This document shows positions 10,473-19,016 of a DNA stretch of 64,000 bases, one piece after another (the first letter of the stretch is position 1; each line of letters starts with the position of its first letter). The stretch comes from Pantanalinema sp. GBBB05 (GTDB taxonomy: Bacteria > Cyanobacteriota > Cyanobacteriia > Leptolyngbyales > Leptolyngbyaceae), in NCBI RefSeq assembly GCF_016743235.1, contig NZ_VRZD01000005.1, forward strand, positions 175,622-239,621. Direction: 5' to 3'. The notes below the pieces were generated by a model. The model saw only the letters and a program-made list of their open reading frames with translations. It had not been told where the DNA came from and did not search any database. The translations under genes and the position numbers were made by a program.

Positions 10473-11471
10473 GTGATGCCTGTGGATTCTGCCAACGATT
10501 TGAGTTCACATCCTCTGAATAACCGCCCCCAAGGTAGCGTGATGTACCGCCGCTTTAGTGACATTGATGAGTTGGCAGCATTTATCCCTGAGGATGTTAG
10601 GCTGACTCAATTGGTCTGTCAGCCATTTGCTTGCACGTCAATGGCGCTGAATTTTGCCATCATTCGGTTCAACTTCAATCATGTCAATTGCCGATTGTAT
10701 GCCGTGGGAGATAAATGTCCAGGGTTTTTAACATTTACCTGTCTGATGCATGGGCAGGGAGAGCCTGTGGTTTCTAATCACCTGTGCATTACGGAAGATT
10801 ATCTGTGGGGATTCGATCCTAATCGGGGTGCAGATATGGTGTTTCCAGGGCACTCGACGCATTGTGCCGTTCATATCCGCGAAGATGTCTTTGTCGCGTG
10901 TGCTCAAGCGATGGATCGTCTCGATCTAAACGTGAAGTTTCTTGCACCAAACCATGTCTATATTCCCGAAACACTACCGTCTTTACGCGGCTACCTGCAT
11001 CAACTGTATGAACTGTTGCAGCAACAGTCGCCATTACTTGACAACCCAGACTTTCAGCAACTGATCTTGCGGGATTTTCTGCCTTTACTGATTACCGCGT
11101 TACCGGTGCAGCGAGAACCATTAAAGGTCTCTGTTAAGGCTTTTCGACGATCGCGCCTGGTCAAACAAGCCAATGATTATATGCAAGCGCATCTTGACCA
11201 ACCGCTGACGCTCACAGATTTATGCCAAGCTTTGGGTACCAGTAACCGGGCGCTCTGCTACGGATTTCAGGAAATTTTTGGTATGAGTCCCATGTCATAC
11301 TTAAAAACCCTACGGTTGCAAAGTGTTTATCGGGCATTGAAAACAGCTGACTCCAGCAACACAACTGTTACAGAAATTGCCTCTCAATTCGGCTTTTATC
11401 ACTTGAGCTACTTCGCCCGTGATTATAAACAGATGTTTGGCGAACTGCCCTCCCAGACCTTGAAGCGATAA
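10473..11471 (+). CDS. AraC family transcriptional regulator
   Basis: C-terminal AraC HTH pair (...LTDLCQALGTSNRALCYGFQEIFGMSPMSYLKTLRLQ... IASQFGFYHLSYFARDYKQMFGELP). Confidence 0.8.
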   Translation: MMPVDSANDLSSHPLNNRPQGSVMYRRFSDIDELAAFIPEDVRLTQLVCQPFACTSMALNFAIIRFNFNHVNCRLYAVGDKCPGFLTFTCLMHGQGEPVVSNHLCITEDYLWGFDPNRGADMVFPGHSTHCAVHIREDVFVACAQAMDRLDLNVKFLAPNHVYIPETLPSLRGYLHQLYELLQQQSPLLDNPDFQQLILRDFLPLLITALPVQREPLKVSVKAFRRSRLVKQANDYMQAHLDQPLTLTDLCQALGTSNRALCYGFQEIFGMSPMSYLKTLRLQSVYRALKTADSSNTTVTEIASQFGFYHLSYFARDYKQMFGELPSQTLKR

Positions 11472-11554
11472 CCCTGGCAATGATCGACCTTGCAGGTTGC
11501 TGCCGCCAACAGCGAAACTTAGGCTATAGTCAGTGGCAAGGGAGCAATATAACG

Positions 11555-12130
11555 ATGAATAAAGGCAGATTAGAAGCTTTCAGTGATGGTGTGATGGCGA
11601 TTATCATCACGATTATGGTGTTGGAATTAAAAGTGCCTCATGATACGACTTTCGCAGCACTGCAACCGTTAATTCCAGTGTTTCTCAGCTATGTCCTCAG
11701 TTTTGTTTATATTGGAATCTACTGGAATAATCATCATCACTTATTTCAAGCGGTGCAGCAGGTGAATGGTAAGGTCTTGTGGGCGAATCTGCATCTGCTG
11801 TTTTGGTTGTCACTCTTGCCCTTTGTAACGGGGTGGGCCGGAGAAAATAACTTTGCCACCGTGCCCGTTGCTTGTTACGGTGTTGTGTTGTTCTGTGCCG
11901 CGATCGCGTACTTCATTCTGACTCGGGTGTTAATCTCTCACCACGGTCAAGATTCCACGTTAGCGGTGGCATTAGGGTCAGACTTCAAAGGCAAAGTCTC
12001 TGTCGTCATTTATGCTCTAGCCATGCTGCTAGCTTTTGCAGTTCCGTGGTTAGCTTCCCTACTTTATGTTGCCGTTGCTGTTCTGTGGTTAATTCCCGAT
12101 CGGCGGATTGAGAGAGCCTTAACCTCATAA
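11555..12130 (+). CDS. DUF1211/TMEM175-like membrane protein (putative K+ channel family)
   Basis: Characteristic N-terminus MNKGRLEAFSDGVMAIIITIMVLEL... and a second RxxxFSDGV-like repeat half; about 6 TM. The ORF-track start at 11480 is probably upstream of the true ATG at 11555. Confidence 0.65.
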   Translation: MNKGRLEAFSDGVMAIIITIMVLELKVPHDTTFAALQPLIPVFLSYVLSFVYIGIYWNNHHHLFQAVQQVNGKVLWANLHLLFWLSLLPFVTGWAGENNFATVPVACYGVVLFCAAIAYFILTRVLISHHGQDSTLAVALGSDFKGKVSVVIYALAMLLAFAVPWLASLLYVAVAVLWLIPDRRIERALTS

Positions 12131-12557
12131 AAATGATAAAAAATCCAGTCAACCGGCTCATTCTACACTAAAGAAAAATTGAGTCACTGTCATCTGTTCA
12201 GTCATCGAGGTAATAGACGCCTAACTGGCTCTAACAATGGTGACTAGATTGAGCCAGTTGTCTGGAGTCCGATTTTTAACCTTGCCTGATCCAGCTAGAT
12301 AGACCATGGCGGCTAAATGGGGACTTAAACAGAATTGCCTCAGTTTGACTAAATAGCTCAACCATTTTTTATTAGAACTCATTTAAGACCTCTTTCCTTA
12401 GGGATAGGTAGAGCCTGCTTCAGAGATCTACGATCGTAAACATCGGATCAAAGATTCGGTAATCGGTTTAACTTCTCAGCTGAGAAAAACCGAGAAAAAG
12501 TTACGAACAAGAGTTTTTAGCTAGATCAAATTGTAAGCAAGGAATACGGAATTCTGC

Positions 12558-13250
12558 ATGTTTTTTCACAAAAAAGAAGCCATTCACGTTGTTAACGTCG
12601 ATGAAGCAAACCCACGTTTTGCTCAACTTTTGTTAGAGCAATTTGGTGGTGCAACTGGAGAGCTATCAGCCGCTTTGCAATATTGGGTACAGTCTTTCCA
12701 CGTTGAAGATGCAGGCATTCGGGATATGCTTCAGGATATTGCCATTGAAGAGTTTGGTCATTTGGAAATGGTAGGCAAAATGATTGAAGCCCATACCAAG
12801 AATGTGGATCAAACAGACGCCTTCAAAAGTAGCTTGTTTGCTGTGCGGGGTATGGGTCCCCATTTTCTCGATAGTCAAGGCAGCGCTTGGACAGCAAATT
12901 ACTTGAATGAAGGTGGCGATGTTGTTCGGGATTTAAGGGCGAATATTGCGGCTGAAGCTGGAGCGCGCCAAACTTATGAAGCATTAATTAAGTTGGTTCC
13001 TGATGAAGGCAGCAAAAAAACGTTAGTGCATCTGCTGACGCGAGAAATTTCTCACACCAAGATGTTTATGGAAGCACTGAACTCTCTAGGTAAGTTAGAT
13101 GATCCGTTCTTCGGCAATATTCAACCCGATGAAACGGTTGATCTGTACTATAACCTATCGTCTGATGGTGCTACGGATGAACGGGGTCCTTGGAACTCGG
13201 AACCAAATTTCCGTTACATTGCTGATCCTGTAAAAAATGTTCAATCCTAA
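12558..13250 (+). CDS. Manganese-containing catalase (ferritin-like superfamily)
   Basis: Typical Mn-catalase N-terminus MFFHKKE...NPRFAQLLLEQFGGATGELSAALQYWVQSFH and di-metal ligand motifs (EExGHLE, ...ExxH). Confidence 0.85.
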   Translation: MFFHKKEAIHVVNVDEANPRFAQLLLEQFGGATGELSAALQYWVQSFHVEDAGIRDMLQDIAIEEFGHLEMVGKMIEAHTKNVDQTDAFKSSLFAVRGMGPHFLDSQGSAWTANYLNEGGDVVRDLRANIAAEAGARQTYEALIKLVPDEGSKKTLVHLLTREISHTKMFMEALNSLGKLDDPFFGNIQPDETVDLYYNLSSDGATDERGPWNSEPNFRYIADPVKNVQS

Positions 13251-13298
13251 CAGTTACGCATAATGTTGCCAGCTTCATTGTTTGTGAGCTGAGTTTGT

Positions 13299-13338
13299 CA
13301 AAGTGGGGTGAGTTATCCGCCCCACTTTTAATGTTTTT
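13299..13338 (+). terminator. Rho-independent terminator-like hairpin downstream of the Mn-catalase gene
   Basis: CAAAGTGGGG-(11 nt loop)-CCCCACTTT followed by TAATGTTTTT. Confidence 0.5.
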
Positions 13339-14009
13339 CGGTTGAAGCTAAGTACATGGTTATCAATAAACATGGCTTTTCGTAGGATGGATTAGCAATA
13401 GCGTAACCCATGCTGTCAAAGGATGTGATGCGTTACGGCTACTTTTAATATTTTTCGATTGAAGCGAGTTGTTGGCGATCGTGTCTTATTGCCGAAAGTA
13501 ACCGCAGGCGAGAGTCAGCACGGCACCATTGCTGGCACGTTTGGCTACCAAGTCAGTATCATAGCTGCGATCGAGTTTTGCCTGATCACAGTCACCAATT
13601 CAGCCAGCAATAAATTTGCTTCAGTCAAGTAAAATTTAACAAAAGTTAGCTTTCCAACGTTCAGAGTAATAATTAACTCCCAGTTGGCTCTCATACTGGC
13701 TACCGTTAACGTGTTTATACTGAGTTACGGTTGCCAAATTCCAGCTAAATCAGATAATTTTGACGCATAAAAGTGTGCTTTTCCTATTGATAGCGCCAAG
13801 GGTGTTCATGCTTGTCTCTCTCGGGTTAAGGCTACCCTTGGCGAACCGATCAGTGAACGTTGAGTAGGTACCTGCGTCGGCATCACGTTCCGTAATGCGG
13901 CTTATAGCTAGCAATGGAATCGGCGACTGGCAAGTAATGAGCTAGGACAATGGTAATCCAATGATTAGACGGCTGTCATTCGAGCCTCGGATTTCTAGGA
14001 AAACAATCT

Positions 14010-15164
14010 ATGTTGAAGTGTGCCGTTGGTCACAGTAACGATCCTGATTCTCACACTGCGATCGCTGAGGTTTTAGAGCAGATTAGCACGACGTTAAACG
14101 GTGTCTCTCCCAATGCCGGGATTTTGTTCGCTGCGATCGATTTTGATCATCCATTGATTCTGCATCACATCATTGCCGCCTTTCCAGAGCTTCAGTTAAT
14201 CGGCGGCACTACCGATGGTGAAATGTCTTCAGTCTTAGGATTTGAACAGGATTCCCTCACCCTGATGGTATTTTGCTCTGATACCATCACGATTAGTGCT
14301 GGGATGGGACGAGGAGCGTCTAAAGATACCCTGGCAGCAGCCCAAACAGCCGTACAACAGGCGAGGGCTGCCCACCCAACAGCCATTCAATTCTGCATTA
14401 CCCTACCCGAAAGTTTGACAACTAGCGGTGTGATGATTTTGGAAAGCTTGCAGCAGACTTTAGGGGTACAAGTGCCCATCTTTGGTGGTCTGACTGCCGA
14501 TCAATCGAGGTCGCAGCAAACTTATCAGTTTTTTCACACGGAAGTCTGTAGCGATGCTGTGCCAATTCTTTTATTTTCTGGACCTGTACTGTTCTCCCAC
14601 GGGATTGCCAATGGCTGGGAACCGATCGGCAATGCTGGACGCGTGACTAAAGCCGAGAACCATATTGTTTACGAAATTGATGGTCAGCCTGCCCTCGCCT
14701 TTTACCATCGGTATTTGGGAGCGTTACCCCCCTCCTTTGAATATCCACTGGCTGTGTTTGATGGGGATAGCGATCGCTATTATATGCGGGCTCCCTCAGG
14801 CATCTACGATCCGATTGTCGGTAGTATTAATTTTTTTGGAGATGTTGCAGTGCAGTCTGTGGTGCAAATTACTGCGACTACCCATGAAGACATTCTCGCC
14901 GCCTCGCAAACGTCGATTCAGCAAGCTGCCGAGAGCTATCCAGGTCATGCTCCTGCCGCCGCGCTGTTTTTCTCCTGTGCAGGCAGACGGCAACTCCTAG
15001 GACATCGCACCCGCGAGGAATATGAGCTCGCCCAAAAATATCTGACTCAGACTCTACCCAGTTGTGGATTTTATACTTATGGCGAAATTGCCCCCTTACA
15101 ACAACATGGGTTGACTCATTTCCATAATGAAACTTTTATTACCTTACTTCTAGGAGCAGCATAG
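14010..15164 (+). CDS. FIST domain-containing sensory protein (FIST_N + FIST_C)
   Basis: FIST-type N-terminus MLKCAVGHSNDPDSHTAIAEVLEQ...; 384 aa; its stop TAG abuts the ATG of the downstream kinase. Confidence 0.75.
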   Translation: MLKCAVGHSNDPDSHTAIAEVLEQISTTLNGVSPNAGILFAAIDFDHPLILHHIIAAFPELQLIGGTTDGEMSSVLGFEQDSLTLMVFCSDTITISAGMGRGASKDTLAAAQTAVQQARAAHPTAIQFCITLPESLTTSGVMILESLQQTLGVQVPIFGGLTADQSRSQQTYQFFHTEVCSDAVPILLFSGPVLFSHGIANGWEPIGNAGRVTKAENHIVYEIDGQPALAFYHRYLGALPPSFEYPLAVFDGDSDRYYMRAPSGIYDPIVGSINFFGDVAVQSVVQITATTHEDILAASQTSIQQAAESYPGHAPAAALFFSCAGRRQLLGHRTREEYELAQKYLTQTLPSCGFYTYGEIAPLQQHGLTHFHNETFITLLLGAA

Positions 15165-16313
15165 ATGGTGTTGAATAAAGCGGACATGGTATCGGATGCG
15201 GCTGAGAGCGTCACCGAGCCAGGGGAGCGGCTGTCTGTTGAAACTGAGCTACAACAGCGAGTGCAGCAGTTAGAGAAGGAAAATCGGATTCTGCACAAAA
15301 AGCTGGCGAGATCGGAGGCAAACTGCCTGCAACTGGAAGAGACTACGCGAAAAAAAGAATCCCTGCTGCGACAAGTGATCCATGAGCTGAAAACCTCCCA
15401 AACCAATCTAGAACAGCAGAGTCGTGAGCTAGAGCAAGCCCTCAGTAATCTGAAGTCCACCCAAACTCAACTGATCCAAACTGAAAAGATGTCGAGTTTG
15501 GGGCAATTAGTGGCAGGGGTTGCTCATGAGATTAACAATCCCGTCAACTTTATTTACGGCAATCTGAGTCATGTGCAGGAGTATACTCAAAGCCTCATGC
15601 ATCTGATTCAGCTTTATCAACACGCGTATCCCCAGCCCACCCCTGATCTTGTCACCGCCTCAGAGCAACTCGATTTAGCGTTTGTCCAGGAAGATCTACC
15701 TAAAATCTTGGGTTCTATGAAAATCGGTGTCGATCGCATTCGCGAAATTATCCTGTCGCTACGCAACTTCTCGCGCCTGGATGAAGCCGAATTCAAAAGT
15801 GTGGACATTCATGCTGGCATTGAGAGTACCTTATTGATTTTGCAACATCGATTAAAAGCTCAACCTAAACGCCCGGCAATTCAAGTAGTGAAAAACTACG
15901 GGAACTTGCCTTTAGTGGAATGTTATCCAGGGCAACTGAATCAGGTGTTCATGAATATCTTGGCTAATGCGATCGATGCGCTGGAAGAACTGAGTCTGAA
16001 TCACTCCTATGAAACCTTGCAAGCGCAACCCGCCCAGATTCACATCACTACTTCAGTCATTGATGCAGATCGTGTCCAAATTGCGATCGCGGATAATGGG
16101 GCGGGGATTCCTGAAGATCTCTGCTCCAGTATTTTCAATCTCTTTTTCACCACAAAGCCAGTCGGTAAGGGCACTGGAATTGGGATGTCAATTAGCCATC
16201 AAATCATCACAGAAAAACATAGCGGTACACTAACCTGTGCTTCCAATCTGGGTGAAGGAACGGAGTTCTTAATTCAAATTCCAATTCACCAAACATCTGA
16301 TGAAGCTGCATAA
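15165..16313 (+). CDS. Cytoplasmic sensor histidine kinase (coiled-coil + HisKA + HATPase_c)
   Basis: Coiled-coil N-terminus, H-box VAGVAHEINNPVNFIYGN, N/G1/G2 boxes (NAIDA..., DNGAGIPE..., GTGIGMSISHQII). No TM segments. Confidence 0.85.
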   Translation: MVLNKADMVSDAAESVTEPGERLSVETELQQRVQQLEKENRILHKKLARSEANCLQLEETTRKKESLLRQVIHELKTSQTNLEQQSRELEQALSNLKSTQTQLIQTEKMSSLGQLVAGVAHEINNPVNFIYGNLSHVQEYTQSLMHLIQLYQHAYPQPTPDLVTASEQLDLAFVQEDLPKILGSMKIGVDRIREIILSLRNFSRLDEAEFKSVDIHAGIESTLLILQHRLKAQPKRPAIQVVKNYGNLPLVECYPGQLNQVFMNILANAIDALEELSLNHSYETLQAQPAQIHITTSVIDADRVQIAIADNGAGIPEDLCSSIFNLFFTTKPVGKGTGIGMSISHQIITEKHSGTLTCASNLGEGTEFLIQIPIHQTSDEAA

Positions 16314-16434
16314 TTTCGACTACTACGATCTGTCAGTCTACACTTGGCTTCTGCTCAGAATGTTGCCCTTTCAGAAGTAGTATCGATATGCACTCTGTCA
16401 GGGCAAGCATGATCAGCTAAGTATAGTTAGGGGA

Positions 16435-16890
16435 TTAGTTGGTAGTGACAGGCTGCTTTGCCTCTGTATAAAACCCATTAGTTGAAGTGCGTTGCGGCGG
16501 TTCGGCAGCTGGAACAGTTGACCCTGTTGACCGCTTTCGTTTTCGGGCTGACCCGCCTGCCTTGGTGTATTCCACACTAGTTCTGCCATATTTAGCGGCT
16601 ACACCCGTTAACATCCGTTCTGACATCGCTGATAGAGCGGCATCCATTTGATTGAGGCGTTGACGATATTCTTCAGCGTTGGATAGCAGAGTGTTATAAG
16701 CCTCTAAAGTGGCGCGGTTCTCTTCAATCAAGTTAGTATACGCAGCAACTGTCAAGCCTGACCCTAAATCTAGATTGATATCAAGCGACTTGAGCAGAGC
16801 TAACCGACGTTGAGCTTTGCTGAGAGCGCTAGAACCACGAGTTTGGAGAACCATAGTAAATGCCTTCCTAATGCGAATTTCCCTCAGCAT
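16435..16890 (-). CDS. Hypothetical protein
   Basis: 151-aa ORF, coiled-coil-like middle, basic C-terminal tail. No recognisable motif. Confidence 0.4.
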   Translation of the reverse strand: MLREIRIRKAFTMVLQTRGSSALSKAQRRLALLKSLDINLDLGSGLTVAAYTNLIEENRATLEAYNTLLSNAEEYRQRLNQMDAALSAMSERMLTGVAAKYGRTSVEYTKAGGSARKRKRSTGSTVPAAEPPQRTSTNGFYTEAKQPVTTN

Positions 16891-16977
16891 AGTAAAACCT
16901 GACTGATACAGAAATTCGTGATTCTATGGATCTTGTCATCCTTATTTCTTGCCTAACAGAAAATCACCGTATATTTA

Positions 16978-17235
16978 TTGAGCCATCACTCGATCTCCTT
17001 TGCGGCGATCGCGGACTACACTCAAGAGAGCAAAAATGCAGAATATTACCCTCGTACCTACTATCAACGAGGGCTAGCCTACGTAGCAAAAGGCGATCAG
17101 CAAAAAGCCATTCAGGATTTTGAGAAAGTCATTCAACTCACCCAAGAACCGGATTTTCCAAGATACACAACCAATCAAGGACTTCAACAGCAGGCCAAGG
17201 AACAACTTCAAAAACTGAGATCTGGAGTTCTGTGA
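16978..17235 (+). CDS. Short TPR-like protein (possibly a gene fragment)
   Basis: Contains a TPR-like stretch YYQRGLAYVAKGDQQKAIQDFEKVIQL; only 85 aa. Confidence 0.3.
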   Translation: MSHHSISFAAIADYTQESKNAEYYPRTYYQRGLAYVAKGDQQKAIQDFEKVIQLTQEPDFPRYTTNQGLQQQAKEQLQKLRSGVL

Positions 17236-17492
17236 TGGTTATTGGAGCCTCTTTGTCGTGTGGAGGTCAAGGTTCACCATCGCTACACACAACATTGAGA
17301 TCGCCTCTCTTCTCGAACTTTCTTCATGCGATCGCCTCCACGACAGCATCACGGAGAGTAGTCTAGATAACGTTCCCAATCAGCGGCGGCTAGTAACTTT
17401 TGCAGCACCACCCAGATCCTCATTCCGTCCGCTGCAAGGGGGTTGTTAGACCGTGCCTCACTGGTCGCTTCAACTGGGGTTCATCTTGATTA

Positions 17493-17915
17493 CTATCCAC
17501 CTTGCTTGGGGCAGATTTCAAATTCAGAACGAGCACGGAAGAAACAGACCTCAAACTCGAAAAAGAAATTAGCCTGTCCTAAAATCAAAGGCACATCGGT
17601 TGCTCGTGTCCAGGCAAATGCTAAATCCACCCTTGAGAATGAACTGACTTGAGCATCAACAACGACTGCGCGAGCTTCAAATCGAGCCAAGTTTCCTGCC
17701 AACACAACCGAGAGTGTCTCATTTTCCCAGATCAAACCCAGTTGTGTCCCCAACTCGTATGGCAAAACATTAACGCTTGCGCCTGTATCCAGTAAGCCTT
17801 CAGTGCTCAGGGATTGACCATCAAGGCTGAGCGTCAAAGGCAGGTATGGCATTCGATCAACCATGCCAAGGCTGCTGTCAATGATTTTGTAGGGAAATCT
17901 TTGAGTGTCAACCAT
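17493..17915 (-). CDS. Retropepsin-like (clan AA) aspartic protease domain protein
   Basis: Active-site motif LLDTGASVNVLPYELG (D-T/S-G-A) in a protein of about 140 aa. Confidence 0.6.
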   Translation of the reverse strand: MVDTQRFPYKIIDSSLGMVDRMPYLPLTLSLDGQSLSTEGLLDTGASVNVLPYELGTQLGLIWENETLSVVLAGNLARFEARAVVVDAQVSSFSRVDLAFAWTRATDVPLILGQANFFFEFEVCFFRARSEFEICPKQGG

Positions 17916-18126
17916 TCTTTTCTTGCTGCTTTGTCGCCAGAAGATTCATCAGGACATTAGCAGCCTCAGAACAGTTGTATGGCGACCAGACCGGATACTC
18001 TTGGTTTGCAACAAAGAAGTTTGCATCTTCTTCTTTGACCAGTTCTGTCGCAAGAAACTGCATCAGCCGAAGCTTGTCAATTTTTGGAAGCCCCTGGATT
18101 TGTGACATGAGTTCAGCCAATGGCAT
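17908..18126 (-). CDS. Small hypothetical protein, translationally coupled to the aspartic protease gene
   Basis: 72-aa ORF whose stop overlaps the protease ORF start by 8 nt. Confidence 0.4.
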   Translation of the reverse strand: MPLAELMSQIQGLPKIDKLRLMQFLATELVKEEDANFFVANQEYPVWSPYNCSEAANVLMNLLATKQQEKNG

Positions 18127-18209
18127 TTGAGAATCTCCTTTTCTGAGATTGAGTGAAAAGATTGGAGATGCTGGCTTGGCGCATGAAGGCGATCGCTACC
18201 ATCATCATT

Positions 18210-18431
18210 CTAATGAAGAAATGCCATATTGCGAATCCCGCGACTGAACCAGTAAAGACCTATTGGAACCATACCTACAAGTGATCCAATTACTCCTGGC
18301 ATTCCGCCTGGAATAGTCGAAGAAATCGCTGCGAAAAGCATTCCTCCAGTAAGAATCACAGAGCTAGCTATAAGATAAGCACTAGCCCGTACCACTTTTG
18401 CCAAGTCAGCATCCATTCTCTTATCACTCAC
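18210..18431 (-). CDS. Small hydrophobic (two-TM) protein, GTG start
   Basis: 73-aa ORF, Gly/Ala-rich hydrophobic. It is preceded by a roughly 49-nt leader element shared with the small ORF at 22051-22233. Confidence 0.35.
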   Translation of the reverse strand: MSDKRMDADLAKVVRASAYLIASSVILTGGMLFAAISSTIPGGMPGVIGSLVGMVPIGLYWFSRGIRNMAFLH

Positions 18432-18625
18432 GCGGTCTAACTCTTATTTAGACTGATCCTAACCTCTCTAATTTGGATAACTACCCTATTTTGGGCGATT
18501 AGGCAGATTTGAATCTAAAATAACACCCTGTTTGGGGGAGATAGGCTGAAGTTTATTTGCATAACTGTCCAGAATTGGCTCTTATCCAGATAGGAATCTG
18601 AATAACTACCCGAATTGGAGATGTA

Positions 18626-19009
18626 ATGCAGAGGAAGTTGTTCCTAAATCATCTGGGTTTGACTGCGATCGCTGCTCCTAAATCAGCAAACGGAGCTCCC
18701 GAAATAACAAATGGAGCTCCCGAAATAACAAATGGAGCTCTCGAAATAACAAATGGAGCTCCCAAAGTAACAAACGGAGCTCCCAAAGTAACAAACGGAG
18801 CTCCCGAAGTAACAAACGGAGCTCCCGAAGTAACAAATGGAGCTCCCAAAGTAACAAACGGAGCTCCCGAAGTAACAAATGGAGCTCCCAAAGTAATAAA
18901 TGGCGATCGCTCTAACGATCGTGATGCTGAGCGACCAACGCCGAAAAGGTGCTTGGGTCAAGAGGTGCAGCCTAAGCCTCAACGCCTTTCCGGTAACGAT
19001 CCGCTCTAG
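18626..19009 (+). CDS. Putative heptapeptide-repeat protein (NGAPEVT/NGAPKVT x10)
   Basis: In-frame ORF across the tandem repeat with GGAG 6 nt upstream of the ATG. Coding status is uncertain because other frames also stay open across the repeat. Confidence 0.35.
   Translation: MQRKLFLNHLGLTAIAAPKSANGAPEITNGAPEITNGALEITNGAPKVTNGAPKVTNGAPEVTNGAPEVTNGAPKVTNGAPEVTNGAPKVINGDRSNDRDAERPTPKRCLGQEVQPKPQRLSGNDPL
18688..18903. repeat. Perfectly phased 21-bp tandem repeat, 10 copies plus a partial unit (consensus AAAYGGAGCTCCCRAAGTAACA)
   Basis: Read directly from the sequence. Units differ only at a few positions (T/C, G/A, AA/GA), giving an NGAPE/K-V/I-T heptapeptide in the + frame. Confidence 0.9.
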
Positions 19010-19016
19010 CGAAGGC

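Noticed and set aside
12131-12557. tRNA, rRNA or other structured RNA genes in the intergenic regions (also 13251-14009, 16314-16434, 34746-35477)
   Set aside because: No T-loop-like GGTTCGAATCC-type motifs or cloverleaf-compatible segments were recognised by eye. This cannot be fully excluded without tRNAscan or Infernal.
18688-18903. CRISPR array
   Set aside because: The repeats are contiguous 21-bp units with no unique spacers, and no cas genes are present. It is a tandem repeat or heptapeptide array.
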